DNA of 54,840 nt, the filler included, from Dirinaria sp. TL-2023a (lineage: Eukaryota): NCBI GenBank assembly GCA_051941275.1. It is 3 parts of 3 records of this genome, joined end to end, with 100 filler letters (N's around TTAATTAATTAA, not from the genome) between each part and the next. Parts side by side here need not be neighbours in the genome. Positions count along the whole stretch, not along the records: positions 1 to 18,233 come from JAVEBF010000392.1; positions 18,334 to 36,541 come from JAVEBF010000393.1; 1 more part is not named here. One strand, given 5' to 3'. Shown here piece after piece: positions 13,101 through 24,355 of this stretch; the first letter of the stretch is position 1, and each line of letters starts with the position of its first letter. The notes beneath the pieces were generated by a model, which ran no database searches, was not told where the DNA came from, and worked only from the letters and a program-made list of their open reading frames with translations. The translations under genes were made by a program, and so were the position numbers.

Positions 13101-15733
13101 TCTTTTAGCTGACGGGGAACTGAACGCCTCCTCATACGCTAAAACACAACCCGTCCATACTACCGAAACTATGCGTTATTCTCATTGCCAGAAAACTCCG
13201 ATTCAGCTGTGTATCGATAGAAATTACCGCTACTTTCGAGGAACCTCTGACTTTTTCGTACCTCTGCAGAACGATGAGGTCGAGGTCGAGGTCAAAGCAG
13301 TGAGCCTTTCGAACAAGGTATACTAAACTACACTTCCCATATCTTCTCAGAAAACCTTCGCTAACATATCTTGAAGTTGACAGGTACTGTACCAGGGGTT
13401 CCTGAGCCTACAGGCTCCGGCAGCGGTTTCGTAGGAGTGGTTAAAGCTACAAGCCCGAATGTCAAAAATTTGTCAAGAGAGACCGCTGTATATGGGATCT
13501 CATTCTCCAACATTGGAAATTACATCAGAGTCGACGCCGCATCGTGTCATCCACGACCAGACCAGGGAACTGCCGAGGTAGTCAATTTCTTCTCTTTTCA
13601 GGGTTTCTCTTTTCTGACATTTGGCCCTCATAGGAACTGGCTACGCTTCCAGTAGCATTCTGCACAGCTGTCCATGCGCTTATGGGTCTTGCACGATTAG
13701 AAAGTCAGGAGGTAATCTATCTTCCACGATGCTAGACTGCAAACGCTGAAGTTAATTAGACGATTCTAATCCAAGCATCAGCGAGTGGCTTGGGGTTAGC
13801 TGCAATCCAGATTGCCACTTATTGTGGGGCGAAGGTGAATACTCATTCTTTCCCACTTCAGACTTTCAGTAACAATTTATTGACTTCTGTAGATCTTTGT
13901 CTCAGTGAGGAGTAGTAATGATAAGCGCGCCATCCTCCAATTGAACCTGGGAATCCAGGAAAATAATGTCTTGACGTCAGATGAGTGCTCGTTACCCAGA
14001 GCACTACTTCATCAAAACGGAGGGAAGGGTGCAAATGTTATATTTGTGTGCAGCCCTGGAAAATCCCGGCAAGATTCCTCTTATTGCCTGGCAGAATTCG
14101 GCCGCTTGATCGAAGTCGCAACAAGTACAGACACGCGTATAGATCAGACTTTAGTGAATGTATCACGATGCCACGGGAGCTTCTTCGCCTTCAATATCGA
14201 GACGATCAGCCACCAAAAACCTTCCATAATTGCCAAGTAAGAAATTCCAACTCAACGCAACATCTCGGAGGTATCCTAGCTAAACATGCGACAGTGTGAT
14301 GAAGACAGTTCATGATTTGTGGGTTCAAAAAGCCATTAAACCTATCACAGCCAGGACCATCAATGTCTCCGAAGTGGATGAGCTGTCTGCTCCTACCGAG
14401 GACTGGCTTGAATTCAAACAGCAAGTTCTTACGTTTGAGGACCACAACGCTGTCGTAAAAGTACTATTCTAAATTTTGGACTGTTGCCAAGTCGCAAGGC
14501 GCTGACGACGATCTAGGTCCAAAATTTCCGAATGGATCGGAAGCTAGACAGCGATGCCAGCTATATGCTTGTGGGCGGTCTAGGAGGGCTTGGGAGGCAT
14601 ATGGCGAACCATTTGGCCGCCCGAGGAGCAAGGAATATTGTCTTCCTTTCTCGGTCAGGGGATCAGAACATAAGAGCACAGAAATTCCTTGGTAGGCTTA
14701 ATGAAAAAGGAGTCGCTACATCCGTTATCAAGGGGGATGTAACCTCTGCCAAAGACGTGAACAGAGCAGTGGCAATGTGTGCGAGACCAATTAAAGGGGT
14801 AATACAGGGCGCTCTGACACTGAGAGTAAGCATTTTGCTTGGCCAAGTAGCATCCAATGATTTCTGAACTGACTTTTGGTTCAGGACAATCTTTTTGAGA
14901 AGATGACTCTCGATGATTTCAACACTACAGTCAAACCGCGTGTACAGGGGACTTTAAATCTGCATAATGCGCTCCAGAATGCCCCACTCGACTTCTTCGT
15001 AACATGGAGCTCGTGGACTTCGATTTTTGGAACACTTGCGCAGACAAATTACCTCGCATCGAATGCATTCATGGATGCTTTTGCTTGCCATCGTCGAACC
15101 TTAGGTTCTCCTGCAACTTCCCTAAGCTTGAGCCAGATCTTAGATGTCGGCATCGCGAGCGATGTCCACCATTATCAGATAGCCCTGGACGGAAAGGGGC
15201 TGTACGCGACTGGTGAAGACCGATTTCTCGAATTTTGTGACAGTGCTATAGCTCAATGCAATAGTCCAGTATTTCGAGACACCACTCGCTCCTGCCGGGA
15301 ACTTGACGAAGATATTCTGCGAGGGCATCTTTTGGCAGGTATCGAACCCAAAGGACTAAGCGATCTCGACAAGTCAATGCCGCTTAGTGATATGGCATGG
15401 TATTGGGATCGTCGCTTCTCTGCGTTGCTCTTAGCGATTCAGATCGTCAACAAAGCATCCAGCAATGGGAATGCGGCGACTAGGAGCGCGTGTGAAGCAG
15501 ATTGTCTGGATACAGCTACACAAGTTCACCAAAAAGTCGCCCGATTACTCTATATACCCCAAGAGGATGTAGAGACGTCAATGCCAATTACAAATTACGG
15601 CATCGACAGTATGATTGCAGCCGAGCTGCGCAACTGGCTATTAGAGAGGTTCCAAGCCGACGTCAGTACTTTGACACTCCTAGGACCGAAGACTTCGGTA
15701 AAGAGCATTGTCCAATCAATTGGTGTAGAGTAG
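7126..15733 (+). CDS. Highly reducing iterative type I polyketide synthase, KS-AT-DH-cMT-(ER degenerate)-KR-ACP
   Basis: ATG 7126 (MAAETAK...EPIAIVGMGCRWPG), about 14 GT-AG introns. KS DTACSSS / ECHGTGT / KTNLGHSE; AT GQGAQW, GHSSGE (split by an intron), AYHSSHM; DH WLQDHCVGHEVVFP and HPTKLDAIFQ; cMT EIGAGTGSAT; KR GGLGGLG...QTNY; ACP YGIDSMIAAELRNW. TAG 15731-15733. Confidence 0.96.
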
Positions 15734-16578
15734 AAATACTAAGAGGTGTTAGCGAGGCTGGGACGACATTGGGAAAGCTCCTACAACAGAGAATTCAATG
15801 GTTAGGGTATGGTAAGTATTGCGCACTCTCATGCAGCCACTGCAATTGCTGGTATCATGTAAGATAGAGAGAAATGCACAGAAGCATCTGGACATGTTCC
15901 TTCCTATGCCTTGCAAGTTAGAGTACTTTCTCAAGGTAATCTGTCAGTGCAACAACGCTCAATCGTAGTTTCAGATCATTTCACGAGATCGCAGAGTATT
16001 GGGCCGAGGTAAGTATGAAATGTTCCACGGCCACCACGTTAACAGTAATACCCCCCTCCCCACTTTCAATGGACGCCAGATTGGCAGATTGTTACATTAC
16101 TCGTACCCCGCTTCGAAAGCAGCTCTTGCATCAGTAGGTTCGGCCATGAGAGCGGATATCGGATGCTCCAATTTCTGTTATTACCAAGAGACTTGCTATG
16201 AAAAAGGTAAAAGATACATCAACTCAAGTCTGAAATTTTATGAAACCATGTTAATTTCTTTAGTCCTGGTGTAGGGATGAGGGAGACAGATGTCGCGAAA
16301 TCGGCGTTTCGGAAGGATGCTAGATAAGCCGGTTGACTGCGGCATAAGCTCCTCCACTGAAGTCATCGCGCATGAGGCTGCGGCATTAAATGAGCACTGA
16401 AGTATCGATTCGATTGCTCTTTAGACCCAGTCTAGCGCGGCCTTTGAAAAGCGCTGGGTGTTTATGCTGTATTTGGTATTGGCCTTTGAAGGTCAGGCTA
16501 AGGTTGGATTTAGTGCAAATAACAATTCCTGAATCGAGGGCAATTGCCGGGCTCAAACTGCTACCGAAGACGGCAACG

Positions 16579-17988
16579 ATGGCCTCGTCAGTCAAATTCA
16601 CCACAGCATTGTGGCTTGTCTTCGTCTCGTATGGTCTGCTTACTTCCGCTCTGAATTACTCTAGATCCTATATCTCCGACGATCAAATAAAACAAGCGGG
16701 TATCACGCGTGGCATCGCTGATGCGATGGAAAAGGCCTGGACTTTCGAGAAATTCACGTGGGCGACTGGTTCGGTACATGATGATCCATTCTACGAAGCT
16801 CCGCCTCCCAGCCTGTCTGCCATTCCAGGCCAACTACTCAAGGTAGAAGAGGCCACAGATCCTACGAAGTACACGATCCCCCCAGGCACCGCACTCTCCC
16901 GCATTTTGTTCCAAACACGAACTCTCGCTGGAGCAGCTGTTCCCGCTTCTGCTTTTGTACTGTGGCCATACAGCCCCAGGAGCCAACCTGGAGGAACGGT
17001 TCCGGTGGTGGCTTGGGCGCATGGTACCAGTGGACTCTTCGGAAATGACGGACCATCGCACCTCAAAGGACTGTCTTATCAATTCGCGGCACCTTTCGTC
17101 CTCGCACTCCAAGGCTATGCTGTAGTAGGCCCAGACTATGCGGGCCTTGGGGTGAGCCAAGATGCTCGCGGTAATCCTGTGGACCACGAATACTTGTCCA
17201 ACCCTTCTCATGCTCATGATCTTTTCTATTCCGTACAAGCTGCCCAGACAGCCTTCAAGCAGCTTTCGCAGCAGTTCGTGATTCTGGGCCACTCTCAGGG
17301 TGGTGGGGCTGCGTGGGCAGCCGCTCAACGGCAGGCTATTGAACCCGTCAAAGGGTACCTTGGCACCATTGCATGTGCTCCGGTGACTAACATTTTCAAC
17401 CTACCATCCGACGGCCCATTGCTCCCACTTCTAGTTGCTTTGGTTGTTTACGCTCTCCAGAAAATTAACCCAAAGTTCGACTATCATGAAATATTGACGC
17501 CTCAAGCAGCCCGTCGCTGGGAATTATATTTGCAGCTCGAACCAGGAGCTGGTGTAACTTTTGCCCTCTTTCAAGGTGTAGACTTATTGCAGCCCGGCTG
17601 GAGACAGAATCCGTATTTGCAGGATTTCGTTGCAAGAACTTCGAACGGCGGGAAGCCCATTGGGGGGCCAATGCTTGTGCTTCAAGGCCTTGCCGATACT
17701 AACCTAGACGCTGGAACTGCAAGTCGAGCAGTCCAAGCAACCTGTTCCGCGTTTCCGAGGAGTCAGTTGCAGTATCAGGCATTAGAGGGAATCAGCCATG
17801 TTCCACTCATGTATGCCTCGCAGCAAACATGGCTGCAGTGGATAGCAGACCGGTTCGCGGGAAAGCCTATCCAGGAAGGTTGTTCGAGTCTGAAGACGAG
17901 TCCACTTCTGCCACCGCAGAGATATAGTCCAGAAGTCAATTGGATTGTGGAATCGGCGACCGAGGTCTATGAGTTGGCGATGCCCTGA
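16579..17988 (+). CDS. Secreted alpha/beta-hydrolase of the secretory lipase (LIP) family
   Basis: Signal-peptide-like MASSVKFTTALWLVFVSYGLLTSA from ATG 16579. Motifs VVAWAHGTSG, PDYAGLG, nucleophile GHSQGG, PMLVLQGLAD and the His in GISH. Intronless. Confidence 0.9.
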   Translation: MASSVKFTTALWLVFVSYGLLTSALNYSRSYISDDQIKQAGITRGIADAMEKAWTFEKFTWATGSVHDDPFYEAPPPSLSAIPGQLLKVEEATDPTKYTIPPGTALSRILFQTRTLAGAAVPASAFVLWPYSPRSQPGGTVPVVAWAHGTSGLFGNDGPSHLKGLSYQFAAPFVLALQGYAVVGPDYAGLGVSQDARGNPVDHEYLSNPSHAHDLFYSVQAAQTAFKQLSQQFVILGHSQGGGAAWAAAQRQAIEPVKGYLGTIACAPVTNIFNLPSDGPLLPLLVALVVYALQKINPKFDYHEILTPQAARRWELYLQLEPGAGVTFALFQGVDLLQPGWRQNPYLQDFVARTSNGGKPIGGPMLVLQGLADTNLDAGTASRAVQATCSAFPRSQLQYQALEGISHVPLMYASQQTWLQWIADRFAGKPIQEGCSSLKTSPLLPPQRYSPEVNWIVESATEVYELAMP

Positions 17989-18233
17989 ATGTGCGAATAC
18001 ACACTTCATAATAACAGAGCTAGATGCTTATGCGCACTATTTGAGGACTGGAGCTATGAGAATCTTCATTCATTTGACATTAGATTGGACAGAAATAGAT
18101 GTTCTTAAACAACCACCGCATAGAATCTGCCATGAATATTGTTTAAATATTACCATAAGCACGAGAAGAAAAGCAATTCCTGGGTTGGCGACGAGGTCTA
18201 CCTGTACGTGATGCCGGCTACGAACCTGTTGTT

Positions 18234-18333
18234 NNNNNNNNNNNNNNNNNNNNNNNNNNNNNNNNNNNNNNNNNNNNTTAATTAATTAANNNNNNNNNNN
18301 NNNNNNNNNNNNNNNNNNNNNNNNNNNNNNNNN
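18234..18333. other. Assembly linker (44 N + TTAATTAATTAA + 44 N)
   Basis: Exactly 100 nt. The central 12-mer has stop codons in all six frames and is identical to the second gap. Confidence 0.97.
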
Positions 18334-21017
18334 GGGAAGAGGGGAGGACCACGACCAAAGTGTACGGATCCCATTTCATCAAGCCCGACGATTTCCGCGG
18401 CCGGTCCCTCCGCGCGAAAATATGTCCCGCACGCATCAGGAGCGGGATTTCGTCCAAGGGCGCGGGAAGCGTGACGCTTTTCCCCGCGCCGCGGTAGGCC
18501 GTGTAGTCGAAGTAGTGGAAATACTCTTCCCCGGGGGGAAGGTAGATGGAGATCGTGTCTGCGCCTTCGGACACGACGGGTTTCGCAAGCAGGCCCGACG
18601 ACCCGATGTAGAACTGGTCGTCGATGGCGAAGGCCGGTTCGTCCGCCGGGTGCACGTAGTAATGTGGTTTGAGGATCGGTTCGCCGGTTTGGGATGCCGA
18701 GTGGAAGGCCGTGTACCACATCGGTAGAAGCTGGTAGCGCAGCCGGATCGCGCGTGTGATTATGGATTTGTAGGGTTCTCCGGCGAGATATGGTTCGCGG
18801 CGGCGGGTGTCGATGTGTGCGTGTGCGCGGAAAAAAGGGTAGAAGATCCCCGCTTGATACCAGCGCGTTAAGAGCTCTTTGGATGGGTTGCCGAAGAATC
18901 CTCCTACGTCGGCGCCTGAGAAGGGGAATCCAACGATGTTGTTGGATAGGATCATGGGGATTGAAGCTGCGAGGTGATCCCAGGAAGCTTGATTGTCGCC
19001 GGTCCACATGGCGCCCATACGCTGCGAGCCGGCGTAGTAGGACCGGGTCAGTACGAAGGGGCGTTTTGGATTCTTGGGGTCTCGTGCTAGTAGAGCGTTG
19101 TAGGTAGCGTTTACGAAGGTGAGGCCATTGATGTTGTGCACGTCGCGGTGCTCCCAATTCCCGTAGTGCAGATTGTCTTTGGGCATCGTTGTCTCTGGGC
19201 CGTTGAAGACTGAGGGTTCGTTCATGTCGTTCCAGATGTGCAGGTTGGGTGCTGTGCCTTTGAACGCGTTGTATTGAAAGAGGGAGGACCACCATTTCTG
19301 GGCCTCAGGCGAGAAGCAGTCAATCCAGTGTGCGGAGCCGGGCCAGCACCAGCCTTCATAAATGTTGCCGTCTTTGTTACGCACGGCTAGACCTTTGGAC
19401 TTGAGCTCTTCGACTATGGGGTAGTCGTTCGTGTTCTTGATGTGCGGATCGATGAGAACAACGAGTTTGCGGGCGTGAGAATCCAGTTGTGATTCCATTC
19501 CTAGGGGGTCTGGAAATGTATGTGGGTCAAACGTGAAATATTTCTTCTCGTCTGTGTATTCAAGATCTAACCAGATGACGTCGTAGGGGATGTTATTCTT
19601 ATCGAATTTGCGATCGACATCTCGGACATCTTCATCAGATACGTAATTCCATCGGCATTGATGATAGGCGATGGAAAATTCAGCGGGAAGGGTTGTATAA
19701 CCGGTCAGATCACTGTAGGCGTGTATCACGTCCTTCGGCGTGGGTCCAAGGAAGACGAACACATCGAGTAGGCCGGATTCAGAGAACCAATGGGTCTGCG
19801 TAGAAGTCTTGCCTCCTATACCAAGGCTTAAAGGATTACTGTAGACTTTAGGTTTGGTTATGTCGATCCAGGTCTCGGCGGCGTTCAGCCAGAAAACCCC
19901 AACGGTGGAGTCTTTACGATGTGCTTGCATGAAAGTGATTGCACCATACAGGGTCATTGGACTATCCATCTCATACTCGAAAACATCGCTGTTGTACAGC
20001 CTGTAAGGATCTTCAAAGTTGCCCGAACCGCCCCTGCACGTGTTAGTCAAAGTCTTCGTATAGCCAATGGATAAACGCACCTAGTCTCCTTCAACGAGAG
20101 TGGCCCCGTATGTTCCGGGATCCCATACACGTGCTCATAGCCTGGGAAAGTGATGTCGAGCCCCACACTCTCCGGGCCTTTGGGCTTCGAGTCTGTGTTT
20201 CCGCCAAAAGATTCTTCCCACCATGTGCTTTCATCCTCCCCGCTCTCTGTAGCAGCTGGCTCAGGCTCTGATGTAGACTCTTCGCCTTCTTTGGCCTTGT
20301 TCTCGGGCTCTACAGGCTTCTCTATCTTCGGTCTCCAATGCTCCATGTTCAAGAGGCCCTTCTCATTCAACCGAACTTGTATTTCATCACCCCGCCAGAA
20401 GTCCACGGCGAAGGGGGAGTGCTTGATGACGGCTTTGTAACTATTGCCCGGCCCATAGGTGACTGTTGTTGCTTCTGCGGTCAAAGATGGAGCCGCCTTC
20501 TTGTCCGTATCTAAGTTTCCAACGATAGCCCATGCCGAGGCTTCATTGTACCTCTCTTTCCTAGCTACGCTGCCGTGCCGCAACTCGATGTCTCGCTTTT
20601 GTCGCTTCTCCTCATCAACCGTGACTCGTGCTACTCCGGAGTTCAAGAAAGAGATCGTGAGAGGGAAGGACACAGGTCCCATGCCTTCGCCCAATGATTT
20701 GGACACCATGCCCTTGAGTACGCCATTCTTCACGTTTATGGAAGCGGGATCCAAGGTATAGGGACTCGTCCAGGCGTCGCCTTTGGACGTGGCTCGGTCG
20801 GCATACGCTCGATTACGCTTGCAAAAACCCGATTGATCGCATGTTTTGAAGTTCTCATGCTTCACCGATACTACGCAAGTCAATTGTGAGCTCCGACACG
20901 TGCCATCGAAGACACCGGACTCGGGGGCTTACCAGCTGGCCGAATCAGACATAACAAGCAGAGCACAATCGTTAGGAAGCCCCAGGCCGGAGAAGTATAC
21001 ATCATAACTCCCCTCAT
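18334..21017 (-). CDS. ROT2: ER glucosidase II alpha subunit (GH31), 3' end truncated by the gap
   Basis: Signal-peptide exon MRGVMMYTSPAWGFLTIVLCLLCLIRPA, then VKHENFKTCDQSGFCKRNR, nucleophile WNDMNEP, acid/base WTGDN, GADVGGF and PFFRAHAH. Introns near 20932-20871 and 20080-20035. Confidence 0.95.
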
Positions 21018-21458
21018 CACTCGCCACACAATAATGATAACACTCAATGGTAGTCATCAAAATCAAGAACGAGCTTTGTCAAAGGAAGCGCCCAAATAAC
21101 CGCTTTCGGACACAGTTTCGGCTTTGAAACATGGCAAGTGGTTTCGATTGGCGATGCTTGATTGGCGGGTGATCCCGTCTCGGAAGAATAGAAGCTCCCT
21201 CGCCTGAGTCGCCTCCTGCATTAGAGTTGGTACTAAAACCCGAACAAGCAAAAATCGTGCCCCACTACCACATTTGGAGGGAAAAATCAATAAACGAAAA
21301 TGGAGGGGAAATTAGAAGCCACTCCCACCACGGCTTCTTCTTCTATATCTTCCTCCTCGAATCCCTCTGACCCTCCCATCTTCAGCAAACTCAATCCCAA
21401 GACCCAAGGTATCCTTCGCCAGACCATCAAAGCCCAAAAAGCAAAGGACGATTTCGAG

Positions 21459-22303
21459 ATGGCGGCTTCAGAACAGACGTAACTTTCCCTCCTCCGTCTC
21501 CCTAGCTGATAACCAGCTATCGGCAAGCCTCTCGACTGACGGGGAAACTTTAGTTTTATTGCCATCAAGCCTGACGGCGTGCAGGTACGCTCAACTGCTT
21601 TTCCTCCTCTAAAAAAGGTCCTGTAGCATACACAAGCGAATATGGGCTGACATGGCAATCAGAGGGGGCTAATCGGCGATATCATCTCGAGGTTCGAGAA
21701 GCGAGGGTAAGCTGCCCCCAAGAACGACGAAAACAAAAACTATCCCATACTGAATCCCTACAAAGCTATCAATTGGTCGCCATGAAGCTCGTCACCCCTT
21801 CCAAGGAGCACCTGGAAAAGCACTACGAAGACCTCTCCGACAAACCCTTCTACAAGGGGCTCGTCACTTGTACGTCGCCAGAGTTCTTGCATGGAAACAA
21901 CACATACTAAAACCAAAGCACAGACATGCTCAGCGGCCCCATCTGCGCCATGGTCTGGCAAGGCCGGTCCGCGGTCAAAACCGGCCGGGACCTCCTCGGC
22001 GCCACGAACCCTCTCGCATCCGCTCCGGGCACCATTCGCGGCGACTACGCCATTGTACGTTTACTCCATCCCCTTCCCCCATCTCATTTCACTAGTGATT
22101 CCGGAACCAAAAAATTTTTTCTTTTTTTTCTTTTTTTCGTTCGCTGACGTTCGGGATCTCCACAAAAGGACGTGGGCAGGAACGTGTGCCACGGCTCCGA
22201 CAGCGTCGAGAACGCGAAGAAAGAGATCGATCTGTGGTTCCAGAAGGGCGAGGTGCTCGAGTACAAGAACGCGCAGTTCGATTGGATCTATGAGAAGCCG
22301 TAG
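21459..22303 (+). CDS. ndk1: Nucleoside diphosphate kinase
   Basis: Six exons splice to [33 protein letters not shown]...[48 protein letters not shown]...WIYEKP*. The active-site motif HGSD is present. Confidence 0.97.
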
Positions 22304-22920
22304 ATTGTGCCCCGTTTTCGAGAATTGGGGCCCCGGCCTCCCAGGCTCACAATTGGGATTTGAGCAGTGGAATGCGGGACCAGAAGTGGCCTAAGATTTT
22401 GGGGCTGTTCTGAACTTCTGATAGCTAAGCGAGGGAGACTTAGGATAGTGGAAAATAGAAAGCTTTGCATTACTCAATAATATGAGACAAAAATGATGTG
22501 GATTTTGAGATTGTATCCGCCTTTTTTTTCCTTTTTTTCTTCGATTATCAAGCCCCTTTATTACAATTACCGTAGGATTTTCTTTACAATCCATTCATTT
22601 TCCTCTTTCCGTTCCCCTCCCTCTCCACACACGTACGTTTGAACTTTTTTGTTCTTCATGTGCATCGTTGAGTTTCATCGTCCCTTCTGTCGGATTTTAC
22701 CCTGAGCCAAGAAATCCCGCCTACCATAAAAACCGAAAGCAGCTTCCCACGAATCCAATACACATTATCTAACAAGATCACATAACTTCTCCAAAAAGGA
22801 TAAACGCAAGAAAAGCCGCAAATCGTAAGAAGTAACAAGGGGGTTTATAACGCAATGCATCCATACATGCGCCTCCCCCCCACAAAAAAAAAAAAAATCC
22901 ACAAAAAAATAACTACAGCC

Positions 22921-24355
22921 CTAATACCGAGCCTCATGCGGGGCTCCATAACCATTCAACTCGCTCACCGTGCGCTGCCCGCCTAACTCAGGCTGCGGTG
23001 CCCTGGCATTACTCAACTCTGCATACGGCGGAGCGCCGCCGCCGCCCCCCTGCATAATCGGGACCTGCTGCTGCTGCGTGGTGGCCTGCGGCTGCTTGTT
23101 CCACCACTCCATGTGCGCTCCGTGCTGATAACCATTGCTGCCACTGTACTGGTCCATGTTCCCATTCATGAAGGCTGCTGGCTGTGTTTGTGGTGGTAGT
23201 GGTGGGGAAAACATGCCCGGCTCGGTTTCGGGCACGTCCTTCGCCAGCCGGGACCCAATCAGCACGAGGCCCGCGTACACGGCCACGGTGCAGAAGTAGT
23301 AGAAGAAGGTTTCGGCCACGGCGCCGGAGGCGGTTAGGTGCAGGTAGTTGTTTAGGCTGTATGCGGCGGCGAAGGCGGCTTCGATCACGGAACGGACGAA
23401 GAGTGGGGAGGTGATTAGTGCGATTAGGATGGAGCAGTCCTGTGGTGTGTTAGTTTGCTGGTTAGTTTTCAGGTGGATAGATAGAGAGGCTAGTGGGGGA
23501 GAGGGATGGAGAGAGAGAGAGAGAGAAAACGTACGATTCTGGATTTCGAGGCTGATGCTTTGAGAGAGTGCATGAATGCCATGATTCCTAGCGCAAGGGC
23601 TTCGATCGAGAATACCATGTACAGCACGTTATAGGCGATGCTGACTCTTGCTCTCGCCCGCAATAGATCAGCGTGGTTGGTCGAGAATGAGTAGTACAGC
23701 GCACTGAATTCGCCGTCTAATGTGGCTTCTACAGTGTATTGAATCCTGAGCTCTAACATGGCAATATAAAGCGCGAAGAGAATAGCGCAGAGAATGGTAT
23801 TGATCCAAAGCAGACGGGATCTGGCAAGGAAATTCTGAGGCACAATACGTTTGTTGAGTTCCGTGAGCAGAACGTATACAGTGTAGAGTTGGAAGATCTC
23901 GGCTAGGTAGGTGGAGCTGGAAATGATGGTCGCAATCAGGTAGTACACGGTGGCGACCACGGTGGATTTCTCAGTGAGGATGAAGTTGATAAAGCTGAAA
24001 GCGAAGGCCCTAGTATCCAGTCAACCAACGGAGTTCAAAATCATACCATTTCTGCGAAATGGGATTTAGCATACACTAATCCCATCAACAGCGCAATTTT
24101 GAATCGGAACCACCTGAAAACCGCACGGCTAGACTCTGTTCGCTTCCTGAAGGTCACACACCAGATGGCGATTACAATCAGCGCAAAGAGACAGATGACC
24201 TCGATCGCGAACTCAGCGACGTTGTAATGGTCTTGGAAATTAGAGCCGAAGAGCTCGGTTTTCTCGGTCCAGACATTGGGCTCGGAATCGCTGTCACCGG
24301 AGCCAGAAGAGCTCGAAAAGCCACCACCACCACCACTACCACGCCGAGGAGCCAT
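22921..24355 (-). CDS. Uncharacterised integral membrane protein with about 7 TM helices and a Gln/Pro-rich C-terminal tail
   Basis: ATG 24355 (MAPRRGSGGGGG), introns near 24076-24011 and 23533-23441. Seven hydrophobic segments followed by a tail ending PPYAELS...ELGG...ELNG. Confidence 0.75.
23509..23526. repeat. (GA)9 microsatellite within an intron
   Basis: Read directly from the sequence. Confidence 0.85.

Noticed and set aside
15975..15989. 15-mer gatcatttcacgaga recurring near 54306
   Set aside because: One exact 15-mer match is expected by chance in about 55 kb.
16390..16578. 63-aa N-terminal extension of the lipase ORF
   Set aside because: It does not look protein-like, and ATG 16579 begins a clean signal peptide.
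18278..18289. TTAATTAATTAA palindrome as a biological element (also at 36586-36597)
   Set aside because: It is centred in identical N runs and is a synthetic six-frame stop linker.
18282..19295. 337-aa Arg/Pro-rich alternative-frame ORF
   Set aside because: By-product of high GC3 codon usage in the glucosidase II gene.
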